Below are positions 1 through 12,802 of a DNA stretch of 64,000 bases, piece after piece (position 1 is the first letter of the stretch; the number at the start of each line of letters is the position of its first letter). The DNA is from Octopus vulgaris (taxonomy: Eukaryota). A program made the position numbers and the translations under genes. The notes under the pieces were generated by a model. It was not told where the DNA came from. It searched no databases and was given only the letters and a program-made list of their open reading frames with translations. Location of the stretch: positions 18,228,001 to 18,292,000 of the forward strand of contig OX597815.1 of assembly GCA_951406725.2 (NCBI GenBank). The letters are read 5' to 3'.

Positions 1-949
1 GTAGGTTTGGCGAGAACAAGTCAATAAAAGATAATTAACATCAAAATGGCATTGAAGAAAATTGGAGTTTAAAAAAAAAAGTGCGATGGTTGGATTGAGT
101 AAGATTGTTAAGAACAGTTTGGTAGGCTTCAGTCGGGATTTAGGGGAGGAAAAAACAGAAAAAGGGAGAGGAAAGGTTTGGTGAAGAATATGAAGTCATT
201 GGAGAATATATATATATATTTGGCAGAGAAAAGTTGAATGATGAGAATTGATTCGGATAATCCAACATAATTTGAAATAATCTTAACATCGCCTAATAAA
301 TCTACCGATAGATTTTCTTTTTTTTTTTTTTATATACTGAAAAACAGTCTCTTCCAAAAACATGAAAGTAAGAAAAAAAAAAAAAAAAAAAAAAAAAGAA
401 TTTAATGTGCAATTTCGAGAATTGCGTATAATGGACAAAAATTTGAATGGAGTCAAATGGTTACTGAATGAGATCGATAAAGCAACGAATTCTAAATTAG
501 ATATGTAGTAAGGACATTTCCTTTCTTCATATAAAGACTGGCAGACTTTAACCTCAATGCTATTATGTTGGAAGTAATATTAGGAAGATACCTCCAATTA
601 TACTCCTCTTTACAGTTAATCATGTTGTTTTCCTCGTTATTTCGGTGATTTTTACCTGCTGATTTTATATAACATTAGAAAATCAAACGAACAAAGAACC
701 CCCCAACCCTGCCCCCCCACCACTACCTCCGTCTTTCCTTTCCTAGAATAACGCGTTAATACTACTATTATTTTGACTGAAAGTAAATATGAGATTTGAT
801 CGCTGTTAGGGGTCGTATGATTCTTTGCAACAATCGATCTAAAAGAAAGATGATGTACTTGATGAAATAAGTGATCATTTTGCTTTCAGCGGTTGCATCC
901 CCACCCACCTTCTGAAAATGAGTAATTTTGATTATTTATATTTCGTCTC

Positions 950-950
<1 letters not shown>

Positions 951-997
<47 letters not shown>

Positions 998-1002
998 CAC
1001 AA

Positions 1003-1084
<82 letters not shown>

Positions 1085-1137
1085 GTTTATATATATAGGT
1101 ATATATATATATAGATATATATGTATATATATAGATA

Positions 1138-1180
<43 letters not shown>
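951..1180. repeat. (TA)n microsatellite, followed by (GT)/(TATG) tracts to ~1275
   Basis: Direct reading; explains the YIYI ORFs. Confidence 0.95.
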
Positions 1181-1184
<4 letters not shown>

Positions 1185-2010
1185 GTGTGTCTGTGTGTCT
1201 GTGTGAGTCTGTGAGTGTATATGTTTCTATGTATGCATGTATGTATGTATGTATGTATGTATCTATCTATCTATTTATATGAATTGACCTCTCATAGAAT
1301 TCATATATACTAGATATTCGCAAGGTCATGCTAAATTCTCAAGTATTATATATAGAAATATAACTTATAAGCGTTAATTTTCTGGAATAGCTTATTTTTT
1401 TTTCTAATATTTCTCTACTTTAAGGTTGAATATTTAATTTAAAAACATTTCAGATGTTAATTATAAAGCTATTTCAATATGAACGATTTATGCGCCATTA
1501 ATAATTCTCATTGAGTGGAGGTGTAACACTTCCTTATTTATGCTTTCTCCATTATTTTCCCACTATCTATTTTAATGTTCTGTTCGTATATAAAAATCTA
1601 CTTTTCATCAATTCTACTAAAATTGATAGCAAGCTGAGGTTAGAATTTCCATTTTATATAAAAAAATTTTTTTTTCCAAACCGGACACACAGAGGTATTA
1701 CTATCATCAAATGTAAATCTTTAAACATTAGTGAAAACAAGTCTACATCAAACGGAATAAATTTGAAGACATCTTCAGTAAGAGAACAATAGATCAGTTA
1801 GTGTTAGCATACTAAATGCTTGGAAAATCAAAGTACGTAAGTAGAAATAATTATGCAGTGAAGAAATAAAATAAAAAGATTGGTTAATGAAAAATAATAT
1901 TGTCAGGTTTTATATCAAGCAAGGAAGACAATGTCGAATATGCTTCGGTCTGACTCTGACCACATGCATCGGAGTGATGACGAAATATTTACTAAATATA
2001 AATTACTGTG

Positions 2011-2393
2011 ATGGAAGCACTCCGTCGGTTACGACGATGAGGGTTCCTGTTGATCCGACCAACGGAACAGCCTGCTCATGAAATTAACGTGTAAGTGGCT
2101 GAGCACTCCACAGACACGTGTACCCATAACGTAGTTCCCGGGGATATTCAGCGTGACACAGAGAGTGACAAGGCCGGCCCTTTGAAGTACAGGTACAACA
2201 GAAACAGGAAGAAAGAATGAGAGAAAGTTGTGGTGAAAGAGTACAGCAGGGATCACTACCATGCCCTGGCGGTGCCTCGTGGAGCTTTAGGTGTTTTCGC
2301 TCAATAAACACTCACAACGCCCGGTCTGGGAATCGAAACCACGATCCTACGCCCGCGAATCCGCTGCCCTAACCACTGGGCCATTGCGCCTCC
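2011..2393 (-). mobile_element. tRNA-derived SINE family A, full length
   Basis: Minus strand begins GGAGGCGCAATGGCCCAGTGGTTAGG (A box)...GGTTTCGATTCCC (B box) with a TCG (Arg-like) anticodon loop. Near-identical copy at 24921-25302. Imperfect TSD actaaat(ata)attactgt. Probably one of the published Octopus tRNA-Arg SINEs (not verified). Confidence 0.9.
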
Positions 2394-3059
2394 ACTAAAT
2401 ATTACTGTACATACGTAGTTGTTGAAAATTCGTTTAAAAAATAACCGAATGATGCCATCACATGAAATACAAAGTTAAAATATCAACACATTTTACGTAG
2501 ATTGCACCAAAATAAACTAGATTATTCATGAGGTCAGAGTGCTTTTAAAAGAACAACACAACCCATCATATTGTAGAAAATTACAAAATAAGCTGTCATA
2601 TTTATTTTAAACAGAATATAAGATACCAAACTTATGCTGTTTACACATTTCATTTCAACCAACGTCACTGTCTAACAGAAGTTATTCAATCACTTTCTAG
2701 CTGAAGTGATATAAAATTATCTAATCATTGTCTGTTAAACTACAATTAAATTAACATCCGTTTGTCGTGTCGGCTTGCACCGCAACATTTATCCAGACGT
2801 CTACTATCTTCCAATTATATACATCGTTATTAGGTATAAATTCTTCGCGGAATATTGATCCATTAACTGCATTTTGATGAGATAGAAATACTATATTCAA
2901 GAGAGAAACCTGGAAAGCTGTAACTTCACTGCTTTTTCCATGTGGTTTACCAAATGGGCAATGTGAACATTAAATCAAAGCAGAATCAATATTCTTAAAA
3001 GAATATTCAATGAAGATAAGGCTTCCACAGAAAATACAGTGGCGATGGTCACAGACAGA

Positions 3060-3183
3060 GCAAGCAATTTTGAGGAGATAGGTTAAGTCGATATCATCGA
3101 CTCCAGTACTTGACTCGTACTTTATTTTACCAAGCGCTGAGGGACGAAAAGCAATACTGATCACGGCGGTATTTGAACTCAAG
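3060..3183 (-). mobile_element. Old degenerate SINE-B copy, target of the 3184 insertion
   Basis: Diverged match to SINE-B reverse strand (ttaagtcgat...cggcggtatttgaactc). Confidence 0.55.
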
Positions 3184-3414
3184 GGCGGCGAGCTGGCAGA
3201 AACGTTAGCACGCCGGGCGAAATGCGTAGCCGTATTTCGTCTGCCGTTACGTTCTGAGTTCAAATTCCGCCGAGGTCGACTTTACCTTTCATCCTTTCGG
3301 GGTCGATAAATTAAGTACCAGTTACGCACTGGGGTCGATATAATCGACTTAATCCGTTTGTCTGTCCTTGTTAGTCCTCTCTGTGTTTAGCCCCTTGTGG
3401 CTAGTAAAGAAATA
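3184..3414 (+). mobile_element. tRNA-derived SINE family B, full-length monomer
   Basis: GGCGGCGAGCTGGCAGAAACGTTAG head, GAGTTCAAATTCC B box, tail GTTTAGCCCCTTGTGG.TAGTAAAGAAATA; 16-bp TSD ggtatttgaactcaag at 3168-3183 and 3415-3430. Confidence 0.92.
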
Positions 3415-3439
3415 GGTATTTGAACTCAAGAAATAAATC

Positions 3440-3765
3440 GTTGGAATTGGGTTGATTTCGGTAGGATTTGAACTCAGAATGTAAGGAGCAAGAAAAAATA
3501 CCAAAGACATGTTTTCCAACGCTTTAACAACTCCACTAATTCACTGACAAGCAATTCCTTCTAATATAAACACAAGGCCTAAAGTTTTGGGAGAAGGAGT
3601 AAGTCGATATCATCGACATCCAGTATTTGAGTGATACTTTGATTTATCGATCTCTGAGGGATGAAAGATAAAGTTAATCCTTGCAGAATTTGAATTCAGA
3701 ATGTAAATTACCAGAAGAAATACCATAAATCATTCCTCCAGCATTCTAACAATTCTACCAACAAA
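3440..3765 (-). mobile_element. Degenerate SINE-B copies (alternative 3' tail)
   Basis: Two diverged units with atttgaactcagaa and the cacaaggcctaaagttttggg tail variant. Confidence 0.55.
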
Positions 3766-3772
3766 ACGTTCT

Positions 3773-3811
3773 CTTCTTCTTCTTCTTCTTCTTCTTCTTC
3801 TTCTTCTTCTT

Positions 3812-3891
<80 letters not shown>

Positions 3892-3908
3892 TTTTATTAT
3901 TATTATTA

Positions 3909-3948
<40 letters not shown>

Positions 3949-3951
3949 TAC

Positions 3952-3990
<39 letters not shown>

Positions 3991-4063
3991 TATTATTATT
4001 ATTATTATTATTATTTATTATTATTATTATTATTACTATTACCATTACTACTACTACTACTAC

Positions 4064-4096
<33 letters not shown>

Positions 4097-4117
4097 CATT
4101 ATTATTATTATTATTAT
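3773..4117. repeat. Compound (TTC)n + (TTA)n microsatellite
   Basis: Direct reading. Confidence 0.95.
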
Positions 4118-5025
4118 TTTTCTTCTTTCCATTCTGTTCCCATTTCTTACCGAATGTTTTTCCGACACCTATGGTAAAGGAACTCACTACATTGATAAGC
4201 CATTAAAAAAATGAACAAACCATTTACAAAATCAAATGAAGTTATATAGAAAAATTATTTACATTAGTGGTAATCATTCTAACAGCGACAATGCTCTTCT
4301 CAATATGTATGCTGCACTAGTTAAAAGAATCTTTCGCACTTCTTGCAGGGATGGTAAGCTAGGGATCATTTTCAGACAATTTTTAGTTCGTTTCTTTGAT
4401 CATTCCTAATGTTCCTACAATCACTTCTATTGTAACTATCTTGAGATGTTGCATTTCTTCGATTTCAATGAGCAAATCTCTATATATTTTCTGAGCTTGT
4501 CAAATTCTTTTGCCGGTATATTATGATCACAAGGAATACACATGTCGATCAAAAAACATACTTTATCATTTTGGTATTTTACAACAATATACAGTTTATT
4601 AGCTTTGATAGTTGTGTCTGTCTGTACTGAAAAATCCCAAAGAGTCATTGCATTTACATTCAGTTACAATTTCAGAGTGGTGCTTATACCACTTGTCAAA
4701 AGTTTTGATTTTAAAATGCCGATATATTAAGCAGTGTAGATATTGGCCAACTCAGCCATGCTTTGATTTATACTCCACTAGTGCTAAAAATTTATATCCA
4801 GCAACTAAATGGTTCATGTTTTAATCGCATCATTCCAAAGTCGGCACTTTGGATCTACTCCATTTTTCATCACGTTAGCTTGATAATCAATAAGCTTTGA
4901 CCTTGAGCAGCTAAGATGAAGCCTTCAGTCTCTGTCTTTGGTCCTGAGCTTTGTAGCCGCTGATGGGTATGCTACTGGTCAACATTTGGTAGTTTGCTAC
5001 GAGCCACACATTTGCCATGTGTCCA
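4118..5025 (-). mobile_element. Decayed R4/Dong-like non-LTR retrotransposon, C-terminal zinc knuckle + REL endonuclease + 3'UTR
   Basis: Minus-strand ETEGFILAAQ (~4900-4935), CRL..NHLVAG, and LWDFSVQTDTTIKANKLYIVV..CFLIDMCIPCDHNIPAKEFDKLRKY (PD-(D/E)xK-type REL). Stops and frameshifts; 3' end abuts (TAA)n. Confidence 0.85.
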
Positions 5026-5029
5026 TGGT

Positions 5030-6547
5030 CAAGATAACATATTGATTTTGCGGGTCCGTTAAATGGCTGCTCTGAACTACGTTGTTCTGAACAGGCTTGG
5101 TCTCCCCGTAGTTCCCCCGTTAGGAGCGAATTGCTTGCATTTTATGCGGGAATTATGCCTAAACAAAATGACTAACAATTTGTACGAAGTGTTGGAGCAC
5201 CTGGAGAGCGTCGACTCGGAGTAGGAAATCGACTCGGAAGAAAGTGTGGAAGATTATGCAGCAGCGGTCAGTAAAAAGCAAAGAAGATTCAACATTAGGC
5301 CAGAGGCCGTGGAGAAATTTCAACCAATTCTGCGGGGAGAGGGAGCAAACATAAAATTAACTCCGTCTGCCGAAGAAATTGAAAGGGCCCTAAAGCCTAT
5401 TTTGTTCAAGATGGCATTCATGAAAAGAGGGAAGAAGTTCGGTACCGTGGAGTTACAATTCATGTCAGAATATGATGCCAGGGATGATTCCGCGATCACC
5501 ATGCAAGCGAGCGAGCTGGATTTTTTTCCGTCATAATTTGGCAAATGAACCACAAAAATTGCAATAGAAAGTTGTCCACCTGAAATTAGATCGGCGTGGC
5601 TTCTGGCAGACGCTTGCTCCAAAATCAGGAGAAGAAAGTACAAAGGAGAAAAAAGTTCGAGGAGTAAAATGTGTTGAACTGGTGTGGAGGGAGTCTTCGG
5701 GCGACAATTCAAGCTACACCAGCAGAACTAGACGAAATTCCAGAATTTATAATTCTGCCGGATGAGACAAAACTGAATCTCGGTCCAGGGCAGAGTACCA
5801 AGATGTTTCGAGTGCGGACTGAAGGGGCACATAAAGAAAACGTTCCCCCAAATCTTTCAACATGAAACACAATGAAAAAAACAGGATGAACAAATGGAAC
5901 AGCAAGAGAAGCCTAACGAGAAAGCTCCAGGTGAGGAGGAAGTGAAAGAGGATGAGGTGGAGAAGACAGTGGAGAAGGGGAATTGCGCGCCGAAGGAAGC
6001 TGGAACGTCCACATCTACCGAGGTAAGTGAGAAGGAATGGTCAGTTGCATGGAAGAAGAGGGAAAAAAAGAGTTCTCATTCTCTTCCTCCAGGAAACACA
6101 AAAAAGCTTAAAAACGAATGCACAAAAACAGATATAAACGCAGACAGCAAAAAGTAAAGAAATATATTCCCCAAAAGAACTGCGAATATACAATACAGGT
6201 AACACACAGCAAGGTAAAAGGGACAAAAATAAACGCACAAAAACAGATACAAACGTTGACAAAAACAGCAAAAAATATGCCCCCCCCAAAAAAAAAGAAC
6301 ACTGAATATACAACACAAGCAATACATAGCAAGAACAAAGAGACAAGAATAAAATAACTGTTTAAAAACTCTTTCTAAAAATGTTCAATGACATTATCCG
6401 GAATGTGGGGTTTCGAGTTGACGTCGTTCCACCTTTTCATTTATCATTACCATTGTTTTCATTCGATTTTATTTTCCCCCACTTTTGTGCTTCGCCTGTC
6501 CTTGTTTGTCCCGTCTGTGTTAGGCCCTGTGTGGCCAATAAAGAAAT
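5030..6547 (+). mobile_element. ORF1-only (gag-like) non-LTR element, decayed
   Basis: Broken ORF from ATG ~5168 through ORFs 5246-5536, 5671-5865 and 5894-6157. Zinc knuckle PRCFECGLKGHIKKTFP (~5798-5848, last Cys to Phe), then an E/K-rich tail. No EN/RT follows; it ends in a SINE-B-like tail at 6495-6547. Confidence 0.65.
6110..6357 (+). repeat. Diverged ~117-bp tandem duplication
   Basis: gcacaaaaacagata...aaaagaac.(g/a)c(t)gaatataca...agcaag occurs twice (~6120 and ~6235). Confidence 0.7.
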
Positions 6548-6711
6548 TCAGAAGTAGTTGAGTCGTTGTACGAGTTCTCATTTGGAGTTAGTATCAGTTA
6601 TGTGACACATACGAGTTCGAGTTACCGCCAAGGTAGACGTTTCAAAGTCATTGTCTTGCGGAGCTGTCAGCAATAGTACGATAGACGAGTCAAAGATAAT
6701 ATAACGCGGAA

Positions 6712-6897
6712 TACCTATTTCTTTACTACCCACAAGGGGCCAAACACAGAGAGGACAAACAAGGACAGACAAACGGATTAATCGATTATATCGACCCCAG
6801 TGTGTAACTGGTACTTATTTAATCGACCCCGAAAGGATGAAAGGCAAAGTCGACCTCGGCGGAGTTTGAACTCAGAACGTATTGGCAGGCGAAATAC
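6712..6897 (-). mobile_element. SINE-B, 5'-truncated
   Basis: Tail-to-B-box match; head missing beyond gaaatac. Confidence 0.88.
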
Positions 6898-8637
6898 TCG
6901 CCATAACATAATAGTGGCGATAAGAATATTACAGTGCCGACAATAACATACAAGTGGACGAGGATCCAGATTATAACAGAATTGAACTTCAGAACCTGAA
7001 TTTCCCGGTGATTTAAAGGTTAAGCACATATCATTCTCCTGTTCATAGTTTTAAAGAATTTCTGCGACAGATGTTCGTCTAATAGTAATGAGTTCAATTC
7101 GTGATCAATGTTTTCCACAATGAACAGTATATGATTATTGATTAGTCCATTGTTAATTGTTAGCGAAGAAAATTTGGTTACTAATTGTATTATTGCTGAC
7201 CTTAGGAGTCACGTTAATACGTTTATTCTGTAGAGTCAGTTTGTTTCCTTATCAAAATTACTTAACAATCAACATGTCTACATTGCGCTAAAGAACACCA
7301 TCATGCAAAACAGAAATACGTTGCTTGCTATGTAAAAGTATATACTGGTAAAGCGTTAGTAGTTCAATATACTAGTTTAGTAACTATAGACATAAAATCC
7401 CAACTTGGTACACTCCTTAAACAAGAGTCATTCAAGAATTTGCATATCTTCAATTGAAACTGATGTAAGTATGTGTATAGATAATATAATATTGATATCA
7501 AATGGAGCTGAATAAAAGTGAAATCACAGTTGCATTGATTATTTTGCTATCTGTCCAAACTTATGCACTTTAGATATGTAACACAAAATTGATTTCCAGA
7601 AAGCTGAAATAATTGATAGACTCTACCACAAGGTATCTAACTTATACAAAACGCTATAATCACTGCCATAAATATAGGAAACTCGAATTTTATACCTTCT
7701 GAACGTGACAAGAAAAATGAGAAAGTCGGATGTTACATTGAAAAGGAACGAATGCATGTATTTTTGCAGAGTAAATTCTAAGAAGCTATTCTCATTGTAA
7801 TAATTATTTTTTGGCTGTTTCCCTTGAACGGCAATTTTTCTTATAACTTCTGTTCTCGATTTATAGTAGTCAGTTCTACTAACGTATAGACTAGCATGCG
7901 CATTTCTCGATCAGTTTTTATTTTCTTTGTTGCAGACTGACGTGTATACACAAGCTTACACCTTCCTAGCATCAGTTGGTCGGGCAGCCATGTCTAGCAT
8001 AATCTCCAAAGAAGATAAGTGAGAAATAGAGCGTATTCTGACAGTAGTGAATCTTTGATAAGCATCCATGTGTGAGACTATGTATTTCTTTTAACAGGCA
8101 GCGAGAGTAGAATGGCCAGTGATGCGTATCTGATCGCAAAGAACTTCAAAAATAGATTTAAAGATAGTCGCATAGATTCTCAACAAGATATTTTAAAGTA
8201 GAACTACATGCTGATATATGATAGATTTCAAGACAGGGGCGTGTAAACAATCACATCATACTTAAGACGTATGTATAAAGCACATCAGGATATCAACATA
8301 TAAACATATATGCCTAAATACATATATACATACTCATCTAGCCACACATACACACCCACACATGCTCCTTCACACACATTCACATGCATCCGCTACTTCA
8401 CTTACATCCCTTACACATACACACTCTTGTTTGTGTATATAAATATTTGTCTCACCCTTTCAGCATTCCCACGTATATACACAGACATCCACAACGATTA
8501 ATGCATATATGCATTAATCAAGATACTTCTGTGAATTCTATATGCGAGGGCACATACACACGCATTATATATATATATGTATATACACGCGCATTCACAT
8601 AGTGGAAAACTACTTCAGATTCATAAGAGAAGATATT

Positions 8638-9016
8638 TACTCTTTACTCTTTACTCTTTTACTTGTTTCAGTCATTTGACTGCGGCCATGCTGGAGCACC
8701 ACCTTTAGTACTTATTCTATCGGTCTCTTTTTGCCGAACCGCTAAGTGACGGGGACCTAAACACACCAGCATCGGTTGTCAAGCAATGCTAGGGGGACAA
8801 ACACAGACACACAAACACACACACATATATATATATATATATACATATATACGACAGGCTTCTTTCAGTTTCCGTCTACCAAATCCACTCACAAGGCATT
8901 GGTCGGCCCGGGGCTATAGCAGAAGACACTTGCCCAAGATGCCACGCAGTGGGACTGAACCCGCAACCGTGTGGTTGGTTAGCAAGCTACTTACCACACA
9001 GCCACTCCTGCGCCTA
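8638..9016 (-). mobile_element. tRNA-derived SINE family C (CORE-like) with small internal deletion
   Basis: Minus strand TAGGCGCAGGAGTGGCTGTGTGGTAAG head, GGTTCAGTCCC B box, CORE-like gtggca.cttgggcaagtgtctt, internal (TA)/(TG) tract, (GAGTAAA)n tail. Confidence 0.9.
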
Positions 9017-9532
9017 TATATATCATACATATAAATTATATACTTAGTTTTCGTTAAGAATTGAGTGTTTCCACGTCATTTATTTTTGTTTGTTTACCGA
9101 GGGAGAGAAGAAGGGACATGCCCATGACCTTTGAAACGATCTCTTCTACAATGTGGTAAGATCGTTGTTGCAGTTGACTATCAATTGTAAATTTTCCAAG
9201 ACGACACATCCACAAAATTTCACAAGTAGATGGTTTCTAATAAAGAGCGGGTGTGTTAGCCAAAGTATTTAATGTAGAGCCCTCAAGGTGGGACAGGATA
9301 AATGATACAGATATTTTGTCAGTTTAATGGAGCAGATGCCCTTGTTGTAGCATTACTGGGGAAAACGAGACAGAGTGGTGAGTCTGTGGCATAACGGATG
9401 TGGCGAGTTAGAGACTACTTTTCAGTTAGTCAAATGGATTCTCATTGGGGTATAATATGAGTGTAGTAAAAGTAGTATACGAAATGTGCGAGCATTTTTT
9501 CAGTGAGATAGAAGACTGTTTCCTAGTTACCT

Positions 9533-9949
9533 ATTTCTTTACTACCCACAAGGGGCCAAACACAGAGAGGACGAACAAGGACAGACAAACGGATTAAGTC
9601 GATTACATTGACTCCAGTGCGTAACTGGTACTTAATTTATCGACCCTGAAAGTACGAAAGGCAAAGTCGACCTCGGCGGAATTTGAACTCAGAACATAAC
9701 GGCAGACAAAATACCTATTTCTTTACTACCCACAAGGGGCTAAACACAGAGAGGACAAACAAGGACAGACAAACGGATTAAGTCGATTACATTGACTCCA
9801 GTGCGTAACTGATACTTAATTTATCGACCCTGAAAGTACGAAAGGCAAAGTCGACCTCAGTGGAATTTGAACTCAGAACGTAACGGCAGTCGAAATACTG
9901 CTACGCATTTCGTCCGGCGTGCTATCGCTTCTGCCAGCTCGCCGCCTTC
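9533..9949 (-). mobile_element. SINE-B dimer (one head, two body-tail units)
   Basis: Junction at ~9711-9720; 18-bp TSD actgtttcctagttacct at 9515-9532 and 9950-9967. Confidence 0.92.
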
Positions 9950-10140
9950 ACTGTTTCCTAGTTACCTTTAACAGTTGTATATTTGTGGTATGGAGAACAC
10001 TCTACTATGTCTCTATTGTACAACGGTTTGTGTACATCTAACATCAGGTGTCTAGAATGCAAAAAGAGGACAACTGTTACTGGTAGGTTAAACAGGAGGG
10101 AAGGCGAAATCATTCTCCTTGTGTTATATGTGATTAGAAA

Positions 10141-10521
10141 TAGGAGCGGCTGTGTGGTAAGTAGCTTGCTTACCAACCCCATAGTTCCGGGTTCAGTAGT
10201 GTCTTCTACTATAGCCTCGGTCCGACCAAAGCCTAGTGAGTGGATTTGGCAGACGGAAACTGAAAGAAGCCTGTCGTGTATGTATATATATGTATGTGTG
10301 TCTATATGTTTGTGTGTCTGCGTTCCCCCCGCCCCAACATCGCTTGCCAACCAATGCTACTGTGTTTACGTCCCCCTAACTTAGCGGTTCAGCAAAAGAG
10401 ACCGATGGGATAAGTACTGGTCTTACAAAGAATAAGTCCTGAGAGTCGATTTGCTCGACTAAAGGCGGTGCTCCAACATGGCCACAGTCAAATGACGGAA
10501 GCAAGAAAAAGAGTAAAGAGT
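10141..10521 (+). mobile_element. SINE-C with internal deletion
   Basis: Matches the other SINE-C copies from head to gagtaaagag tail. Confidence 0.9.
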
Positions 10522-12112
10522 ATTTAAGTTATTAATATGAAGGAAAGAGTGAGCGGCATAGCTGAGGGGAACATAAAAGCATACTGGAGTTGAGTGAAGT
10601 TTGATGGAAGTGAACATAGTGTTCACTACAACAGAATATTGTGACAGAAAATGTCTGATTTCGAGAATGACTAACAGATGGGGTAGATTATCGAGTCGTG
10701 TTTCGTGTTAGACACATTGAAGGCTCTCCTTATGTTTAAAACAGCATTGCCTTTATGTCTAATGTGTAATGTAGGGGAGCAAGGTTTTGGTAGATCTTGT
10801 TCTCTGATTGTTGAAAAGGACTCATAATAATGAAGTAGATGATTTGTTTTCCGGTTGTTTCTATAACTTTTCAGACGTTGAGAAATTGAAGACGTTGTAA
10901 CGAAGTCGACAGAATCAGAGCAGTTAACTTTATTATTTATGAATTGCTCTATCTTACACACTCGTCTCGCATCCATCTTTCACTCTTACTGTATCACACC
11001 ACAGAAATCTCAGTATTACAAAATCCAGTGTTGAGTTGGAGCGAAAGAGAAGAGTGTCTCCTTAGCGAGTATATTATTGATGATTTTTAGCCCTTGGTGT
11101 GTTCAGAATATATATAAATCTATATTGGCATTTCAACCATAATCATTTCATTCTTTGTACATTTGTAGGTATATAACTAGAATTTAATTATTCTGTGTGC
11201 ATTTTATTTAGAATCGTAGAGTATGGTATAAGCAGTGGTGGGTAGTAGAAAACGGGCCGGTTGGGATTTTGAAAATGACACATAGCGGTTTATGTCCTTA
11301 CACAAAGGAAATTTACTGGCCTTTCGGTTGCTTTACTCGTATGAGAAACAATATATCCTCTAATTGTCTTTAAGTGGCGCTCTATAGCATCACCAAAATT
11401 GCGTGCCAAGCACCAAGTCTCCTTTTCAGGACCAGAAAATGTTTCATATTTCATCAGTTTCCTCCTCTTCAGGACCAAAACTGTTTTATACTTCATAGGT
11501 TGCTGGTATTCAACAAAATTTAAGTGGGATCCGTATTGAAGTATTTATTACATATATGGAATGGATTCGAATTTACACATTAATAGTCTTGGCCACATTC
11601 AAAAGAAAATCATTCGTCTCACTGGTAAACATTAATTTATCTACATGAAACAACCACTCGCTCAAATAGGCTTCAACTTATAATTCCCACTCTATTGTCT
11701 CGTTATTACCACAGCCTCTGATCTGTTGAACTAGTCTTCATTCAGCTCCATCTTACACACTCATCTCTCATCTATTTGCCAATCGTGCTGCATCTTATCA
11801 ACAAAGCTTAGTATTAAACACCCACAGTTCTTCTGTTGAATATGACGTCAATGTTATCGTTGCAGAAACCAAATTGAACATGAATCACATCCCACTTACC
11901 AGTTTGCAGAACAGCTGCAAAAATTACAACATCTTTATAACTGGTATCAGAATATGATTCTCACCGATTATTCGTTTATTGTAGAGACTCAATGTCAGTG
12001 CCACGTTTAGTTCATAATTCATATGGATATTTATTTCAGCATTTTAGTGAAAAATACCGCGATAAGACTTAATGTAATGTATTGTGCCACCGAATTCTTC
12101 CCACAAGTTATT

Positions 12113-12310
12113 ATTTTTTTTTGTAGTCTAGGCACAGAGCCTGAAATGGGCCAGTCGATTAGATCGGCTCCAGTACACAACTGGTACTTAATTTATCGAC
12201 CTCGAAAGGACGAAAGGTAAAGTCGACCGCGGCGGAATTTGAACTCAGAACGTAAAGACAAACGAAATACCGTTAAACATTTCGCCCGGCGTGCTAACGT
12301 TTCGCCTTAT
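12113..12310 (-). mobile_element. SINE-B (alternative tail) inserted in an old SINE-C remnant
   Basis: 15-bp TSD ttcccacaagttatt at 12098-12112 and 12311-12325. Flanks rejoin to a diverged SINE-C segment (..ggtagaagacttatgttaaaaagtgccatgcag..) running to ~12430. Confidence 0.8.
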
Positions 12311-12802
12311 TTCCCACAAGTTATTGGTCACACCAAGTATATGGTAGAAGACTTATGTTAAAAAGTGCCATGCAGGGGGATCAGTCTTGGAGCAAGTAGT
12401 GGTGAAGCGAAATTCTAAGCCACACACTTATTTTCGCACTCATACACGTGTGCACGCACACATATACCCATATACTCTCTCAAACCAAAATAGACCCGAG
12501 TCTATACACTCACAGGAATGTGGTCCCACGCTTACCTGTCTCACATTAAAGAAAAAAAAGCAAAATATAGTAATACATGTGCGGTAATATAGGGTTATAT
12601 TTAACAGACTTTACTGACAGCCTAGACAACCACAAGGCAACATCGCGCGTGCGCACCCCAGACGCAAACACACGTATACACGTACACACACAATCGCATG
12701 CACACATGTTTCTGTGTGTTGTGATTTCTAGGGTGTCTGATGATCCCATATTTATTTATCAAAGTGATTAGCATTCTCCTTTGCCATTATCATGTCCATC
12801 AT

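Noticed and set aside
2318-2393. tRNA-Arg-like sequence (also 25227-25302)
   Set aside because: It is the head of SINE-A, lacks a proper acceptor stem and continues into the SINE body.
8786-9034. Recurrent ORFs containing SFSFRLPNPLTR (also 20259, 50699, 59312)
   Set aside because: Antisense translations of SINE-C, not a protein family.
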